From Pristiophorus japonicus (Eukaryota), in the NCBI RefSeq assembly GCF_044704955.1, contig NC_091991.1:31930001-31994000 (forward strand): 64,000 nucleotides of DNA, read 5' to 3'. This document shows, piece by piece, positions 24,196-35,590 of this stretch; position 1 is the first letter of the stretch; each line of letters starts with the position of its first letter. The position numbers and the translations under genes are program-made. Under the pieces are notes generated by a model, which saw only the letters and a list, made by a program, of their open reading frames with translations, was not told where the DNA came from and searched no databases.

Positions 24196-24392
24196 AGAAC
24201 AATAATGTTGATTTGACAATTCCATGTGCCATTACGAGACATTATTGACTCTGCAGTGAAATGAATTCTAGTAGTTTAACCAGGTCACAACATTCTAGCT
24301 GGTTTCTACTCTCTACATGGCACATTGATATTTAAATCAGATTTAAGAGAGGGAGAGGGAAGAAAAGTGAGATTGAAAATAAAATCTTATTA

Positions 24393-24798
24393 AAAAAGAC
24401 TTGCATTTACATAGCGACTGTCATGACCATCGGACGTCTCAAAGCCCTTTGCAGCCAATGAAATACTTTTTTGGAGTGTAGTCACTGTTGCAATGTGGGA
24501 AACACAGCAGCCAATTTGCACCCAGCAAGCTCCCACAAACAGCAATATGACAATCAAAAAATAAACTTTTTTTGTTATGTTGATTGAGGGATACATATTG
24601 GCCAGGACACCAGAGATAACTCCCCTGCTCTTCTGCGAAATAGTGCCATGGGGTCTTTTACATCAACCTGAGAGCAGACGGGGCCTCGGTTTAACGTCTC
24701 ATTCGAAAGACGGCGCCTCCAACAGTGTAGCACTCCCTCAGCACTGCACTGAAATATCAACCTAGATATTTGTGCTCAAGTCCCTGGAGTGGGACTTC
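24393..24798 (-). mobile_element. DeuSINE (SacSINE1/AmnSINE1-like)
   Basis: Deu-domain-like GGAGGCGCCGTCTTTCGAATGAGACGTTAAACCGAGG..AAAGACCCCATGGCAC plus an L2-like tail. Confidence 0.75.
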
Positions 24799-26619
24799 AG
24801 TTTTACTCATTCAAAAATTGCACATGAAATCCAATAAAGTTAGAGCAGGTTATTAAGGCCATATAGAATGCAAACAAAGCACTGGGGTTCAAGTTTTTTT
24901 TTTAAAAAGAGGGATAGAATTGAAAAGTTATGTTAAACTTGTATAGAACCTTGGGTACTGGAGTACTGTGAACAGTTCTGGCCTCCGAAAACAACGTATT
25001 TATATGGCGCCTATAATGTAATAAAACGTCCCAAGGTGCTTCACATGGGTATTATAAGACAAAAAAAAATTGACACCGAGCCACATATGGAGAAATTAGG
25101 GCGGATGACCAGAGGTTTGGTCAAAAAGGTAGGTTTTAAGGAGTGTCTTAAAGGAGGAAAGAGAGATAGAGGGGCGAAGAGGTTTAGGGATGGAATTCCA
25201 GAGCTAAGGGTCTAGGCAACAGAAGGCATGGCCACCAATGGTTGAGTGATTATAATCAGGGATGCTCAAGGGGGCAAATCCCCATTGTTTTTCTAATGCA
25301 AAAATTGCACATGAAATCGAAGAGAGTTAGAGCAAGTTAATAAGGCCATATAGAATGTAGTCCCGGTCCCGAAACAGAGAATTTTCTGAACCACGGGAGG
25401 TCAGTGCTAGTGATCACTGAGTGAGGGAGGAAAGGCAGGGAATGTTGATTGGTCATTTCTCTATCTGTCTCAGGTCTGATGCCCCTTCACTGCACCGTCA
25501 AGTCCCACAATTCAGAAGCAGAATGAGATGCTGAGCGTCAAAGGAGTGCTTAACAGTGAGCTCTAAGCCCAGGCCCAGGAAAGTAGCAGTTCCACAAACT
25601 AATGCCAAACCATGGATGTTTCCGGACCAGAGCGCATCAACCTATACCAGAACTGAGAGGTTATACCCATCAGGAAAGATTGGACAGGCTGGGGCTCTTT
25701 TCTATTGAAAAGAGAAGGCTGAGGGGTGACCTAATACAGGTCTTTAAAATTATGAAAGGATGAGAATTTTTAAATCGAGGTGTTGCTGAACTGGAAGCTA
25801 GCACAGGGGTGATAGGTGAATGGGACTTGGTGCGAGTTAGGACACGGCAGCCAAGTTTTGGATCACTTCTAGTTTAGGTCGGGCAGAATGTGGGAGGCCA
25901 GCCAGGAGTGCATTGGAATCGTCAAGTCTAGAGGCAACAAAGGCATGGATGAGGGCTTCAGCAGCGGATGAGCTGAAGCCAGGGCGGAGACGGGCAAAGA
26001 TACGGAGGTGGAACATTCGCTATAAGAACAGAATAGGAGCAGGAGTAGGCCATTTGGCCCCTCAAGCCTGCTCTGCTATTTAATAAGATCACGGCCTATA
26101 CCAAGGAGGACTACGTAACTAAGCCTAGGGCTGTCCCATGAATGGGACTGATGTCAACCATATATATTTTTTTATTTTAAAGTTAGGCATTTCAATGTAT
26201 TCTGTAACGCTTTAATTCAATCTTACACAATTGCTGCCAGCAGCACTGCCATTTAAATTAACCTGCAATAAAATGTCATGTTTTGACAAAGAAAACATAA
26301 CATAAATGCAAAGTCAGTTAAAAACAAATCTAATGATGTGCAACCTTAACTTAGTCAATGGATTTGTGGTGCGCCATTGGCCATAAACTATTGACACTGC
26401 CACAGACAAAAGAAAAGGTATTTCACTGATGTTACTGGTAAAAGATCATTAATAGTAAAGCTTCGAGTTGATCTTTACCTCTCTGGATGTGGCTGCGAGA
26501 ACTAGAGAGATCAGGTATTAGCAAGAAACCTTTAGAAACCCCACCGATCCAGGTAAGTTAACATTGAGGATATGGACTTGCACTGAACTACAATGTAAGC
26601 AGAGTCATGGTAATGTCTT

Positions 26620-26930
26620 GTGGATGAGACGTTAAACCGAAGCACGGTCTGCTCTCTCAGGTGGACGTAAAAGATCCCATGGCAATATTTCAAAGAGAAG
26701 GGGAGATATATCCCCGGTGTCGTGGCCAATATTTATCACTCACTCAACATCACTAAAACAGATTATCTGCCCATCATCATATTGCTGTTTGTGGGAGTTT
26801 GTGGTGCGCAAGTTGGCTGCCGTGTTTCCACACATTACAACAGTGACTACACTCCAAAAGATACTTCATTGGCTGTAAAGTGCTTTGAGACGTTAAGTGG
26901 TTGTGAAAGGCGCTAAAGAAATGCAAGTCT
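26620..26930 (+). mobile_element. DeuSINE, 5' truncated
   Basis: Matches the full copies at 33408-33837 and 54094-54520. Confidence 0.75.
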
Positions 26931-27231
26931 TCCTTTCTCTCCCCCTCGCCCAGTCTCTCTCTCTCTTCCTTCCCCCCCCCCCAGTCTCTCTCTCTCTTCC
27001 CCCCCCCCCCGATCTCTCTCTCTCTCTCTTCCCCCCCCCCCGATCTCTCTCTCTCTCTCTCTTCCCCCGCCACCCCCCCACCCAGTCTCTCTCCCCCACC
27101 CCTACCCACCCTCTCCCCCACCCCCTACCCACCCTCTTCCTCTCTCTCTCCCCCCACCCACCCACTCTCTCTCTCTCTCCCCACCCTCTTCCTCTCTCTC
27201 CCCCCACCCTCTTCCTCTCTCTCTCCCCCCA

Positions 27232-27262
<31 letters not shown>

Positions 27263-27729
27263 CCCAGCCACCCCCTCTCTCTCTCCCCACCCACCCACCC
27301 TCTCTCTCTCTCTCCCCCCCCACCCACTCTCTCTNNNNNNNNNNNNNNNNNNNNNNNNNNNNNNNNNNNNNNNNNNNNNNNNNNNNNNNNNNNNNNNNNN
27401 NNNNNNNNNNNNNNNNNNNNNNNNNNNNNNNNNNNNNNNNNNNNNNNNNNNNNNNNNNNNNNNNNNNNNNNNNNNNNNNNNNNNNNNNNNNNNNNNNNNN
27501 NNNNNNNNNNNNNNNNNNNNNNNNNNNNNNNNNNNNNNTCACTCCCCACCCACCCTCTCTCTCTTCTCTCCCACCCACCCTCTCTCTCTTCTCTCTCACC
27601 CACCCTCTCTCTCTTCTCTCTCACTCCCCCCCCACCCACCCTCTCTCTCCCACTCCACCCACCCTCTCTCTCCCCCCTCCACCCACCCTCTCTCTCCCCC
27701 CTCCACCCACCCTCTCTCTACCCACCCAC

Positions 27730-27760
<31 letters not shown>

Positions 27761-27872
27761 CCACTCTCTCTCTCTCTCTCCCTCCCCACCCACCCTCTCT
27801 CTCTCCCTCCCCACCCACTCTCTCTCTCTCCCTCCCTCCCCACCCACCCTCTCTCTCTCTCTCTCTCTCCCT

Positions 27873-27906
<34 letters not shown>

Positions 27907-30172
27907 CCCACCCACTCTCTCTCTCTCTTCCCCCCACCCTCTCTCCCCCCACCCACCCTCTCTCTCCCTCTCTTCCCCCCCCAGTCTCTCTTTCCCCCCC
28001 TCCGTCTCTCTTCCCCCCCTCCCCCAGTCTCTCTCTTCCCCCCCCTCCCCAGTCTCTCTCTCCCCCCCCTCCCCCAGTCTCTCTCTCCCCCCCCCTCCCC
28101 CAGTCTCTCTCTTCCCCCCCCAGTCTCTCTCTTCCCCCCCCTCCCCTCCCCCAGTCTCTCTCTTCCCCCCCCTCCAAAGTCTCTCTCTCTCCCTCTCTTT
28201 CCCATCTCTCTTTCCCCCCTCCTCCAGTCTCTCTTTCCCCCCCCAACTCTCTCTCTCCCTCTCTTCCCCCACCGTCTCTCTCTTTCCCCCCCTCCCCCAG
28301 TCTCACTCTTTCCCCCCCCTCCCCCAGTCTCTCTCTTTCCCCCCCTCTCCCCCAGTCTCTCTCTTTCCCCCCCTCCCCCAGTCTCTCTCTCTTCCCCCCC
28401 CACCCCCAGTCTCTCTCTCTTCCCACCCCACCCCCAGTCTCTCTCTCTCCCCCCCCCAGTCTCTCTCTTCCCCCCCCCAGTCTCTCTCTCTCTCCCTCTC
28501 TTTCCCCCCTCCCCCAGTCTCTCTTTCCCCCCCCAACTCTCTCTCTCTCTCTCCCTCTCTTCCCCACCGTCTCTCTCTTTCCCCCCCCTCCCCCAGTCTC
28601 TCTCTTTCCCCCCCCTCCCCCAGTCTCTCTCTTCCCCCCCCTCCCCCAGTCTCTCTCTCTTTCCCCCCCCTTCCCCAGTCTCTCTCTCTTTCCCCCCCTC
28701 CCCCAGTCTCTCTCTCTTTCCCCCCCCCACCCCCAGTCTCTCTCTCTTTCCCCCCCCCACCCCCAGTCTCTCTCTCTTTCCCCCCCCCACCCCAGTCTCT
28801 CTCTCTTTCCCCCCCCCCACCCCCAGTCTCTCTTTCCCCCAGTCTCTCTCTCTTTCCCCCCCCCACCCCAGTCTCTCTCTCTTTCCCCCCCCCCACCCCA
28901 GTCTCTCTTTCCCCCCCAACTCTCTCTCTCTCCCCCCCGTCTCTCTCTTTCCCCCCCCTCCCCCAGTCTCTCTCTTCCCCCCCCCCCGTCTCTCTCTCTT
29001 TCCCCCCCCGTCTCTCTCTCTCCCCCCCCGTCTCTCTCTCTCCCCCCCCTCCCCTCCCCCAGTCTCTCTCTTCCCCCCCTCCAAAGTCTCTCTCTCTCCC
29101 TCTCTTTCCCATCTCTCTTTCCCCCCTCCCCCAGTCTCTCTTTCCCCCCCCAACTCTCCCTCTCTCCCTCTCTTCCCCCACCGTCTCTCTCTTTCCCCCC
29201 CTCCCCCAGTCTCACTCTTTCCCCCCCCTCCCCCAGTCTCTCTCTTTCCCCCCCTCTCCCCCAGTCTCTCTCTTTCCCCCCCCTCCCCCAGTCTCTCTCT
29301 CTTCCCCCCCCCACCCCCAGTCTCTCTCTCTTCCCACCCCACCCCCAGTCTCTCTCTCTCCCCCCCCCAGTCTCTCTCTTCCCCCCCCAGTCTCTCTCTC
29401 TCTCCCTCTCTTTCCCCCCATCTCTCTTTCCCCCCTCCCCCAGTCTCTCTTTCCCCCCCCAACTCTCTCTCTCTCTCTCCCTCTCTTCCCCCACCGTCTC
29501 TCTCTTTCCCCCCCCCCCTTCCCCAGTCTCTCTCTCTTTCCCCCCCCCTCCCCCAGTCTCTCTCTCTTTCCCCCCCCCTCCCCCAGTCTCTCTCTCTTCC
29601 CCCCCCCACCCCCAGTCTCTCTCTCTTTCCCCCCCCACCCCCAGTCTCTCTCTCTTTCCCCCCCCCCAGTCTCTCTTTCCCCCCCCAGTCTCTCTCTCTT
29701 TCCCCCCCCCCACCCCCAGTCTCTCTCTCTTTCCCCCCCCCCACCCCCAGTCTCTCTCTCTTTCCCCCCCCCCACCCCCAGTCTCTCTCTCTTTCCCCCC
29801 CCCACCCCCAGTCTCTCTTTCCCCCCCCCACCCCCAGTCTCTCTTTCCCCCCCCAACTCTCTCTCTCCCCCCCCTCCCCCAGTCTCTCTCTTTCCCCCCC
29901 CCCCCGTCTCTCTCTCTTTCCCCCCCGTCTCTCTCTCTCCCCCCCCTCCCCCAGTCTCTCTCTCTTTCCCCCCCCTCCTCCCCCAGTCTCTCTCTTTCCC
30001 CCCCCCCTCCTCCCCCAGTCTCTCTCTTCCCCCCCCCCTCCCCCAGTCTTTCCCTCCCCCAGTCTCTCTCTTCCCCCCCTCCCCCAGTCTCTCTCTCTCC
30101 CCCTCCCCCAGTCTCTCTCTTTCCCTGTCTCTCCCCCCCCCCAGTCTCTCTCTCTCTCTCTCTCTCTCCCCC
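26931..30172. repeat. CT-rich polypyrimidine/polypurine simple-repeat block (units like CCCCAGTCTCTCTCTTTCCCC), with an assembly gap at 27335-27538
   Basis: Directly visible; the plus strand is almost purine-free for 3.2 kb. Confidence 0.97.
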
Positions 30173-30289
30173 ATTACACACCACCCCTTCACTCTCTATG
30201 AAGACCACAAAAGTGAATAAAGGCAATATTCTCGACAAAGTCCTGGAGGCTCCTACAGTTCAGCCATTGATTTTGGAACAACCCAAAAT

Positions 30290-30678
30290 CCCGAGAAGCC
30301 GCTCAGGCTCGGCCACGTGGTTCGTCCCCACTTCCGGCTGCCGCACTGCGCACGCGCAGAGGGTGTCACTCCGTAAATGGACCGGATGTCGATTCAGGCT
30401 CTGCACCAATCAGCTGCCCGCTCTCACTGGGTCGCCTCCTTGTGGCCAAAGCGCTCGCAGGCGGCGCGGCGCCACGCAGCTCCAGCTCGCGTTATTTGTG
30501 GCAAATCTGTGACTTGGCGCTGCGGCAATCGACGTAAGACATTGAGTTCCGGAGGTGGTCACTCCGAGGCCCGCTCCCTCCCCCGGACACTTCCGGCAGA
30601 GCCGCGGCCAGAGGCGAGGCAGCGGAGGCTGAGGGGCAGGGGCATGAGCATGAGCATGAGCGCGGCGCCCGCGGGAAG
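30290..30678 (+). promoter_or_regulatory. XPOT: XPOT CpG-island promoter and probable non-coding exon 1 (donor GAAG|gtagag at 30678/30679)
   Basis: CpG-dense, with an E-box CCACGTGG (about 30313), ETS-type CACTTCCGG twice, NRF1-like TGCGCACGCGCA and CCAAT. It lies 1.4 kb upstream of the ATG exon. Exon limits are inferred. Confidence 0.65.
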
Positions 30679-31170
30679 GTAGAGAGGGCGGCTGAGCCGG
30701 AGGGAGGGGAAGGAGGCAGGGCGTCTGCTGCTCCCCGGGAACAGACTGTGCTGAGGGAGCTGGGCCAAGCACCCGGCCTTTAACATCCCCCACCCCCTGG
30801 CCATTAACCCCCCCCCCCCCGGCCTTTAACCCCCCCCCCCGGTCTTCCATCCTTACCCTCACGCCCAGCCTTTAACATCTCCTCCCCCCACCCCAGCCAT
30901 TATAATATCCCCCGACTAGCCCCCTGGCCTTTAATCTCCCCTACCCCAGCCGCCGTCTGTAAATGGGAGGATGGCAAACCTACTGTCAAGAACAGGTAAT
31001 CAGCGACAAGGGTTAACTGTTCATTGACATGTTGATAAACTGGTTGCTGGACACTCACCAGTCAGGGCAGCAGGGAGATGTATGGGTCTGTGTGTGTGAG
31101 ACCCACTCCCTCCCATCAATATCTCATCGACATCCATTTTACATCCATAAATTATTGATTTAAATGTATC

Positions 31171-31565
31171 GCCAGTGGCTCAGTTGGTCGCACTCACCTC
31201 TTGAGTTAGAAGGTTGAGGGTTCAAGACCTGCTCCAGACACTTGAGCACAGAAATCTAGGCAGACACTCCAGTGCAGTGCTGAGGGAGTGCTGTACTGTC
31301 GGAGGTGCAATCTTTCGGATAAGACAGTAAACTGAAGCACCGTCTGCCCTCTCGGGTGGACGTAAAAGATCCCATGGCACTATTTTGAAGAAGAGCAGGG
31401 GAGTTATCCCCGGTGTCTTGGCCAATATTTATCCCACAACCAACAGCACTTCAAAACAGATTATCTGGTCATCGTCACATTGCTGTTTGTGGGAGCTTGC
31501 TGTGTGCAAATTGGCTGCTGCATTTCCTACATTACAACAGTGATGTACTCCAAAAGTACTCTGGG
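31171..31565 (+). mobile_element. DeuSINE in XPOT intron 1
   Basis: tRNA-like head (GTGGCTCAGTTGG...GGTTCAAGACC) plus Deu domain. Confidence 0.8.
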
Positions 31566-32137
31566 ATGTCTGGTGGTATTGCAACTTGCTCCCCAATGCC
31601 AAAGCACCTTCACTGTGGCTTGATATCCCCCCCCCCCCCCCTCCCCCTAGTCTGGAGAAAGAGGCCTCACACTACTTTTAAAGTTGATTTCTCTGTCTGT
31701 GTCTTCACTGGCATAGATGCTGAAGGTATGGTTGGCTCAGGAAGTCTAGCTATTGCATCAGTCAGCGCAGAAGCAGCATCCTGTTCCAGCGAAGCCACAG
31801 AAACTGAAAATGTTTTGAGATGGTGGCAGAACTGAGTGCATTCTGATGTGTGGGCATCGTGGCTCAAGTAAATAGAATTCGTAGGGAGATGAGCGTCAGT
31901 TTGTTTCTGCTGAGTTCTACTATGTTTGAATATCTCCGACGACACTCAGGTCGGTGATCAGCCATGATCTTATTGAATGGCGGAGCAGGCTCGAGGGGCC
32001 ATAGGGCCTACTCCTACTCCTGCTCCTGTTTCTTATGTTCTAATATGTGCTGTGTCTTTTGTTGCTATTGCTAGATGCCTATAGCCTGTAAATGGGAAGA
32101 GAGCAAACCCACTGTGAAAAACAGGTAATCGGCAACA

Positions 32138-32197
32138 ATGGATGAACAAGCTCTTTTGGGTTTGAACCCAAATGCGGATGCCAGTTTCAGACAGAGG
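32138..32197 (+). CDS. XPOT: Exportin-T, first coding exon
   Basis: MDEQALLGLNPNADASFRQR|gtgagt, nearly identical to the recalled human XPOT N-terminus. Confidence 0.95.
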
Positions 32198-32269
32198 GTG
32201 AGTTAAGTAAGCGGAAATGAAATATTACGTGATCAGTAATGTAGTTTTGTTCTGTCCAGAGTTCTATTT

Positions 32270-32650
32270 GAGCTCAACAATTTCAGATCATAACCTCTGC
32301 CGCTGTTTTTTTTTCTGACGGCAACTGTTGATGATTCTGCCATTTCCATTTACAGCTCCTCTAGACCCGTCTTTTGTTTCTCTACTTGTTCCATTAGCGT
32401 CCACTTTTGCCTCGTACTATCATCCCTTTTGTCTTTTAATCTCGCCTGCCTTCCACCCTATTACAGATCTTCCCCTTTGTTCTTTCCTCCCTTCCCCACT
32501 TTCCCTGCCCCTGTACTTACTTAAAACTTGTTATATCTAACTTTTTTCATCGACTTGGAAACATTTCTCACTCCACAGATCATCAGAGTATTTCCAACAT
32601 TTTCTGTTTTTATTTCAGATTTCTGACATCCGCAGTATTTTGCTTTTATA
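32270..32650 (+). mobile_element. Penelope-like element 3' region
   Basis: Reverse-complement match to 38885-39200 (caacaatttcagatcataacctctgc...gcagtattttgctttt). Confidence 0.7.
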
Positions 32651-32943
32651 TTTTGTGTCAGGGCAAGATTATAGAAAATTTGTTCAGACAACTGCACTAT
32701 AAATGTTCCACAAATGAATCACCAGTTGAACATAGTTACTGTACTTTGTATATAAATTATTGGATGTTAAATGTGTGTTTTATTTTGGTGTGATCTATAT
32801 TTGGAGTTTGGGATGTCTATGCTAATTTTAGAAAAATCATAACATTTAGGCTCTTGCTAAATCTCAAACCTTACGTCCTGTTAAAATGCCCAGTTCCTTG
32901 TTTATACTGAGAGCCTGCAGTTTGGATTGCTATATATATTTTC

Positions 32944-33285
32944 AGCTGTAGCTCAATGGGTAGCACTCTCGCCTCAGAGTCAGAAAGTTGTGGGTTCAAG
33001 TCCCACTCCAGTGACTTGAACACAAAAATCTAGACTGACACTCCAATGCAGTACTGAGGGAGCGCTGCACTGTTGGAGGTGCCATCTTTCGAATGAGGCA
33101 TTATTTAGAAGAGCAGGGGAGGCCTCAGTTCAACATCTCATCAGAAAGACGGCACCTCCAACAGTGCAGCACTCCCTCAGCACTGCAGTAGAGTGTCAGC
33201 CTAGATTTTTGTGCTCAAGTCTCTGGAGTGGGACATGACAACCTTCTGACTCAGAAGTGAGAGTGCTACCCACTGAGCCACAGTT
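32944..33285. repeat. Inverted pair of DeuSINE 5' halves (arms about 32944-33103 and 33131-33285)
   Basis: The second arm is the reverse complement of the first over about 155 bp, with a short spacer. Confidence 0.85.
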
Positions 33286-33407
33286 AAGCCATAATTCCTG
33301 CTTTGGTTTTACAGTGATTTGTGTATCAATGTTGGGAGAGGGCTCCACTGTGATGCCTTCCACAGTTAAATACCCTTTTGAGTGTTACTGTCTGGGTGCC
33401 ACAGTGT

Positions 33408-33837
33408 TGGCTGTGGTTCAGTGGGTAGTACACTCGCCTCTATGTCAGAAGGTCAACTCCAGGAACTAGAGCACATAAATCTAGGCTGTCAGTGCAGTCT
33501 GAGGGAGTACTGCACTGTCGGAGGCACTGTTTTTTGGATGAGACATTAAACCGAGGTCCCGTCTGCTCTCTCAGATGGACATAAAAGATCCCATGACAAT
33601 ATTTCGAAGAGGAGCAGGGGAGTTACCCTGGTGTCGTGGCCAATATTTATCCCTCAATCAACATAACAAAATCAGATTATCTGGTCATTATCACTTTGTT
33701 GTTTGTGGGATCTTCCTGCGTGCAGGTTGGCTGCTGCATTTCCCACATTATATCAGTGACTACAGTCCAAAAGTACTTCATTGGCTGTAAAGCGCTTTGA
33801 GCCATCTGGTGGTCGTGAAAGGCGCTATATAAATGCG
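33408..33837 (+). mobile_element. DeuSINE, full length
   Basis: tRNA head, Deu domain and tail gtgaaaggcgctatataaatgc. Confidence 0.8.
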
Positions 33838-35325
33838 AACATAAGAACATAAGAAATAGGAGCAGGGGTAGGTCATTTGGCCCCTCGAGCCTGCTCTGCC
33901 ATTTAATAAGATCATGGCTGATCTGATCTTGGGCTTAGCTCCACTTCCCTGCTCGCTCACCATAACCCTTTACTCCCTTATCGCTCAAAAATCTGTCTAT
34001 CTCGGTCTTAAATATATTCAATAACCCAGCCTCCACAGCTCTCTGGGGCAGAGAATTCCACAGATTTACAACCCTCTGAGAAGAAATTCCTCCTCATCTC
34101 AGTTTTAAATGGGCGGCCCTTTATTCTGAGACTATGTCCCTTCGTTTTAGTTTCCCCTATGAGTGGAAATATCCTCCCTGCAACCATCTTGTCGAGCCCC
34201 CTCATTATCTTTTTAAGTTTCAATAAGATCACCTCTCATTCTCCTAAACTCCAATGTGTATAGGCTCAACCTATCCTCATAAATCAACCCCCTCATCTCC
34301 GCATTCAACCTAGTGAACCTTCTCAGAACAGCCTCCAATGCAAGTATATCCTTCTTTAAATACAGGGTCCAAAACTGTAAGCAGTACTCCAGGTGTGGCC
34401 TCACCAATACCCTGTACAGTTGTAGCAGGACTTCTCTGCTTTTATACCCTACCCCCCTTGCAATAAAGGCCAACATTCCATTTGCCTTCCTGATTACTTG
34501 CTGTACCTGCATGCTAACTTTTTGTGTTTCATGCACAAGGACCCCCAGGTCCTGCTGTACTGTAGCACTTTGCAATTTTTCTCCATTTAAATTATAATTT
34601 TCTTTTTTATGATTTCTGCCAAAGAGGATAACTTCACATTTTCCCACATTATACTCCATCTGCCAAATTTTTGCCCGCTCACTTAGCCTGTCTATATCCC
34701 TTTGCAGATTTTTTGTCCTCCTCACAATTTGCTTTCCCACCCATCTTTCTATCATCAGCAAACTTGGCTACATTACACTCGGACCCTTCATCCAAGTCAT
34801 TAATATAGATTATAAATAGTTGCGGACTCAGCACCGATCTCCTGGCGGCACCCCACTAGTCACTGTTTGCCAACCGGAAAATTATCCACTTATCCCAACT
34901 TTCTGTTAGTTAGCCAGTCCTCCATCCATGCTATAACATATTGCCCCCAATCCGTAACCTCTTATGTGGCACCTTATCAAATGCCTTCTGGAAATCCAAA
35001 TACACCACATTCACTGGTTCCCCCTTATCCACCCTGCTTGTTACATCCTGAAAGAACTCCAGAAAATTTGTCAAACATGATTTGCCTTTCATAAAACCAT
35101 ACTGACTCTGCTTGATTGAATTATGTTTTTCCAAATGTCCCGCTACTGCTTCCTTAATAATAGACTCCAGCATTTTCCCAACAACAGATGTTGGGCTAAC
35201 TGGTCTATAGTTTCCTGCCTTTTGTCTGCCTCATTTTTTAAATAGGGGCATTACCTTTGCGGTTTTCCAACCTGCTGGGACAGGGAATTTTGGGAATCCA
35301 GGGAATTTTGGTAGATTACAATCAA
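33838..35325 (-). mobile_element. CR1/HER1-like LINE 3' 1.5 kb
   Basis: SQYGFMKGKSCLTN, YLDFQKAFDKV, WQMEYNVGKCEV and RPHLEYC motifs with an (aacataag)n tail. Confidence 0.9.
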
Positions 35326-35507
35326 TCAATCTTTCTTTAAAGAATGATCATTCAGGAGTTTGGACGGGCTTGCGAATCTATACCCCAGGAAGGGTCAGCA
35401 TCTTAAGGAGAGGAGCAAATTTGAGGAAGAAAAAGATCAAGGGTCTCGGTGTATAATCTAGCACAAAAATATTAAACCATGTAATTTTTTTTGAATCCAT
35501 TCTTTAG

Positions 35508-35590
35508 GCATTGGCGTATTTTGAACAGCTGAAGATTTCCCAGGATGCATGGCAAGTGTGTGCGGAAGCTTTAGCACAGGGCGTATACAG
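35508..35590 (+). CDS. XPOT: XPOT coding exon 2
   Basis: ALAYFEQLKISQDAWQVCAEALAQGVY(S), 83 nt, AG/GT. Confidence 0.95.

Noticed and set aside
26893-30238. Very long ORFs (up to 1107 aa) rich in S/L/P or G/E/R
   Set aside because: They are translations of CT-rich simple repeats and N gaps that lack stop codons by composition.
31667-31945. 92-aa antisense ORF in XPOT intron 1
   Set aside because: Non-ATG start, no recognisable motif and no supporting splice or promoter signals.
32944-33010. tRNA-like sequences at SINE heads (also 31171, 39670, 42178, 54094)
   Set aside because: They have A/B boxes but no cloverleaf acceptor stem and run straight into the SINE body, so they are not tRNA genes.
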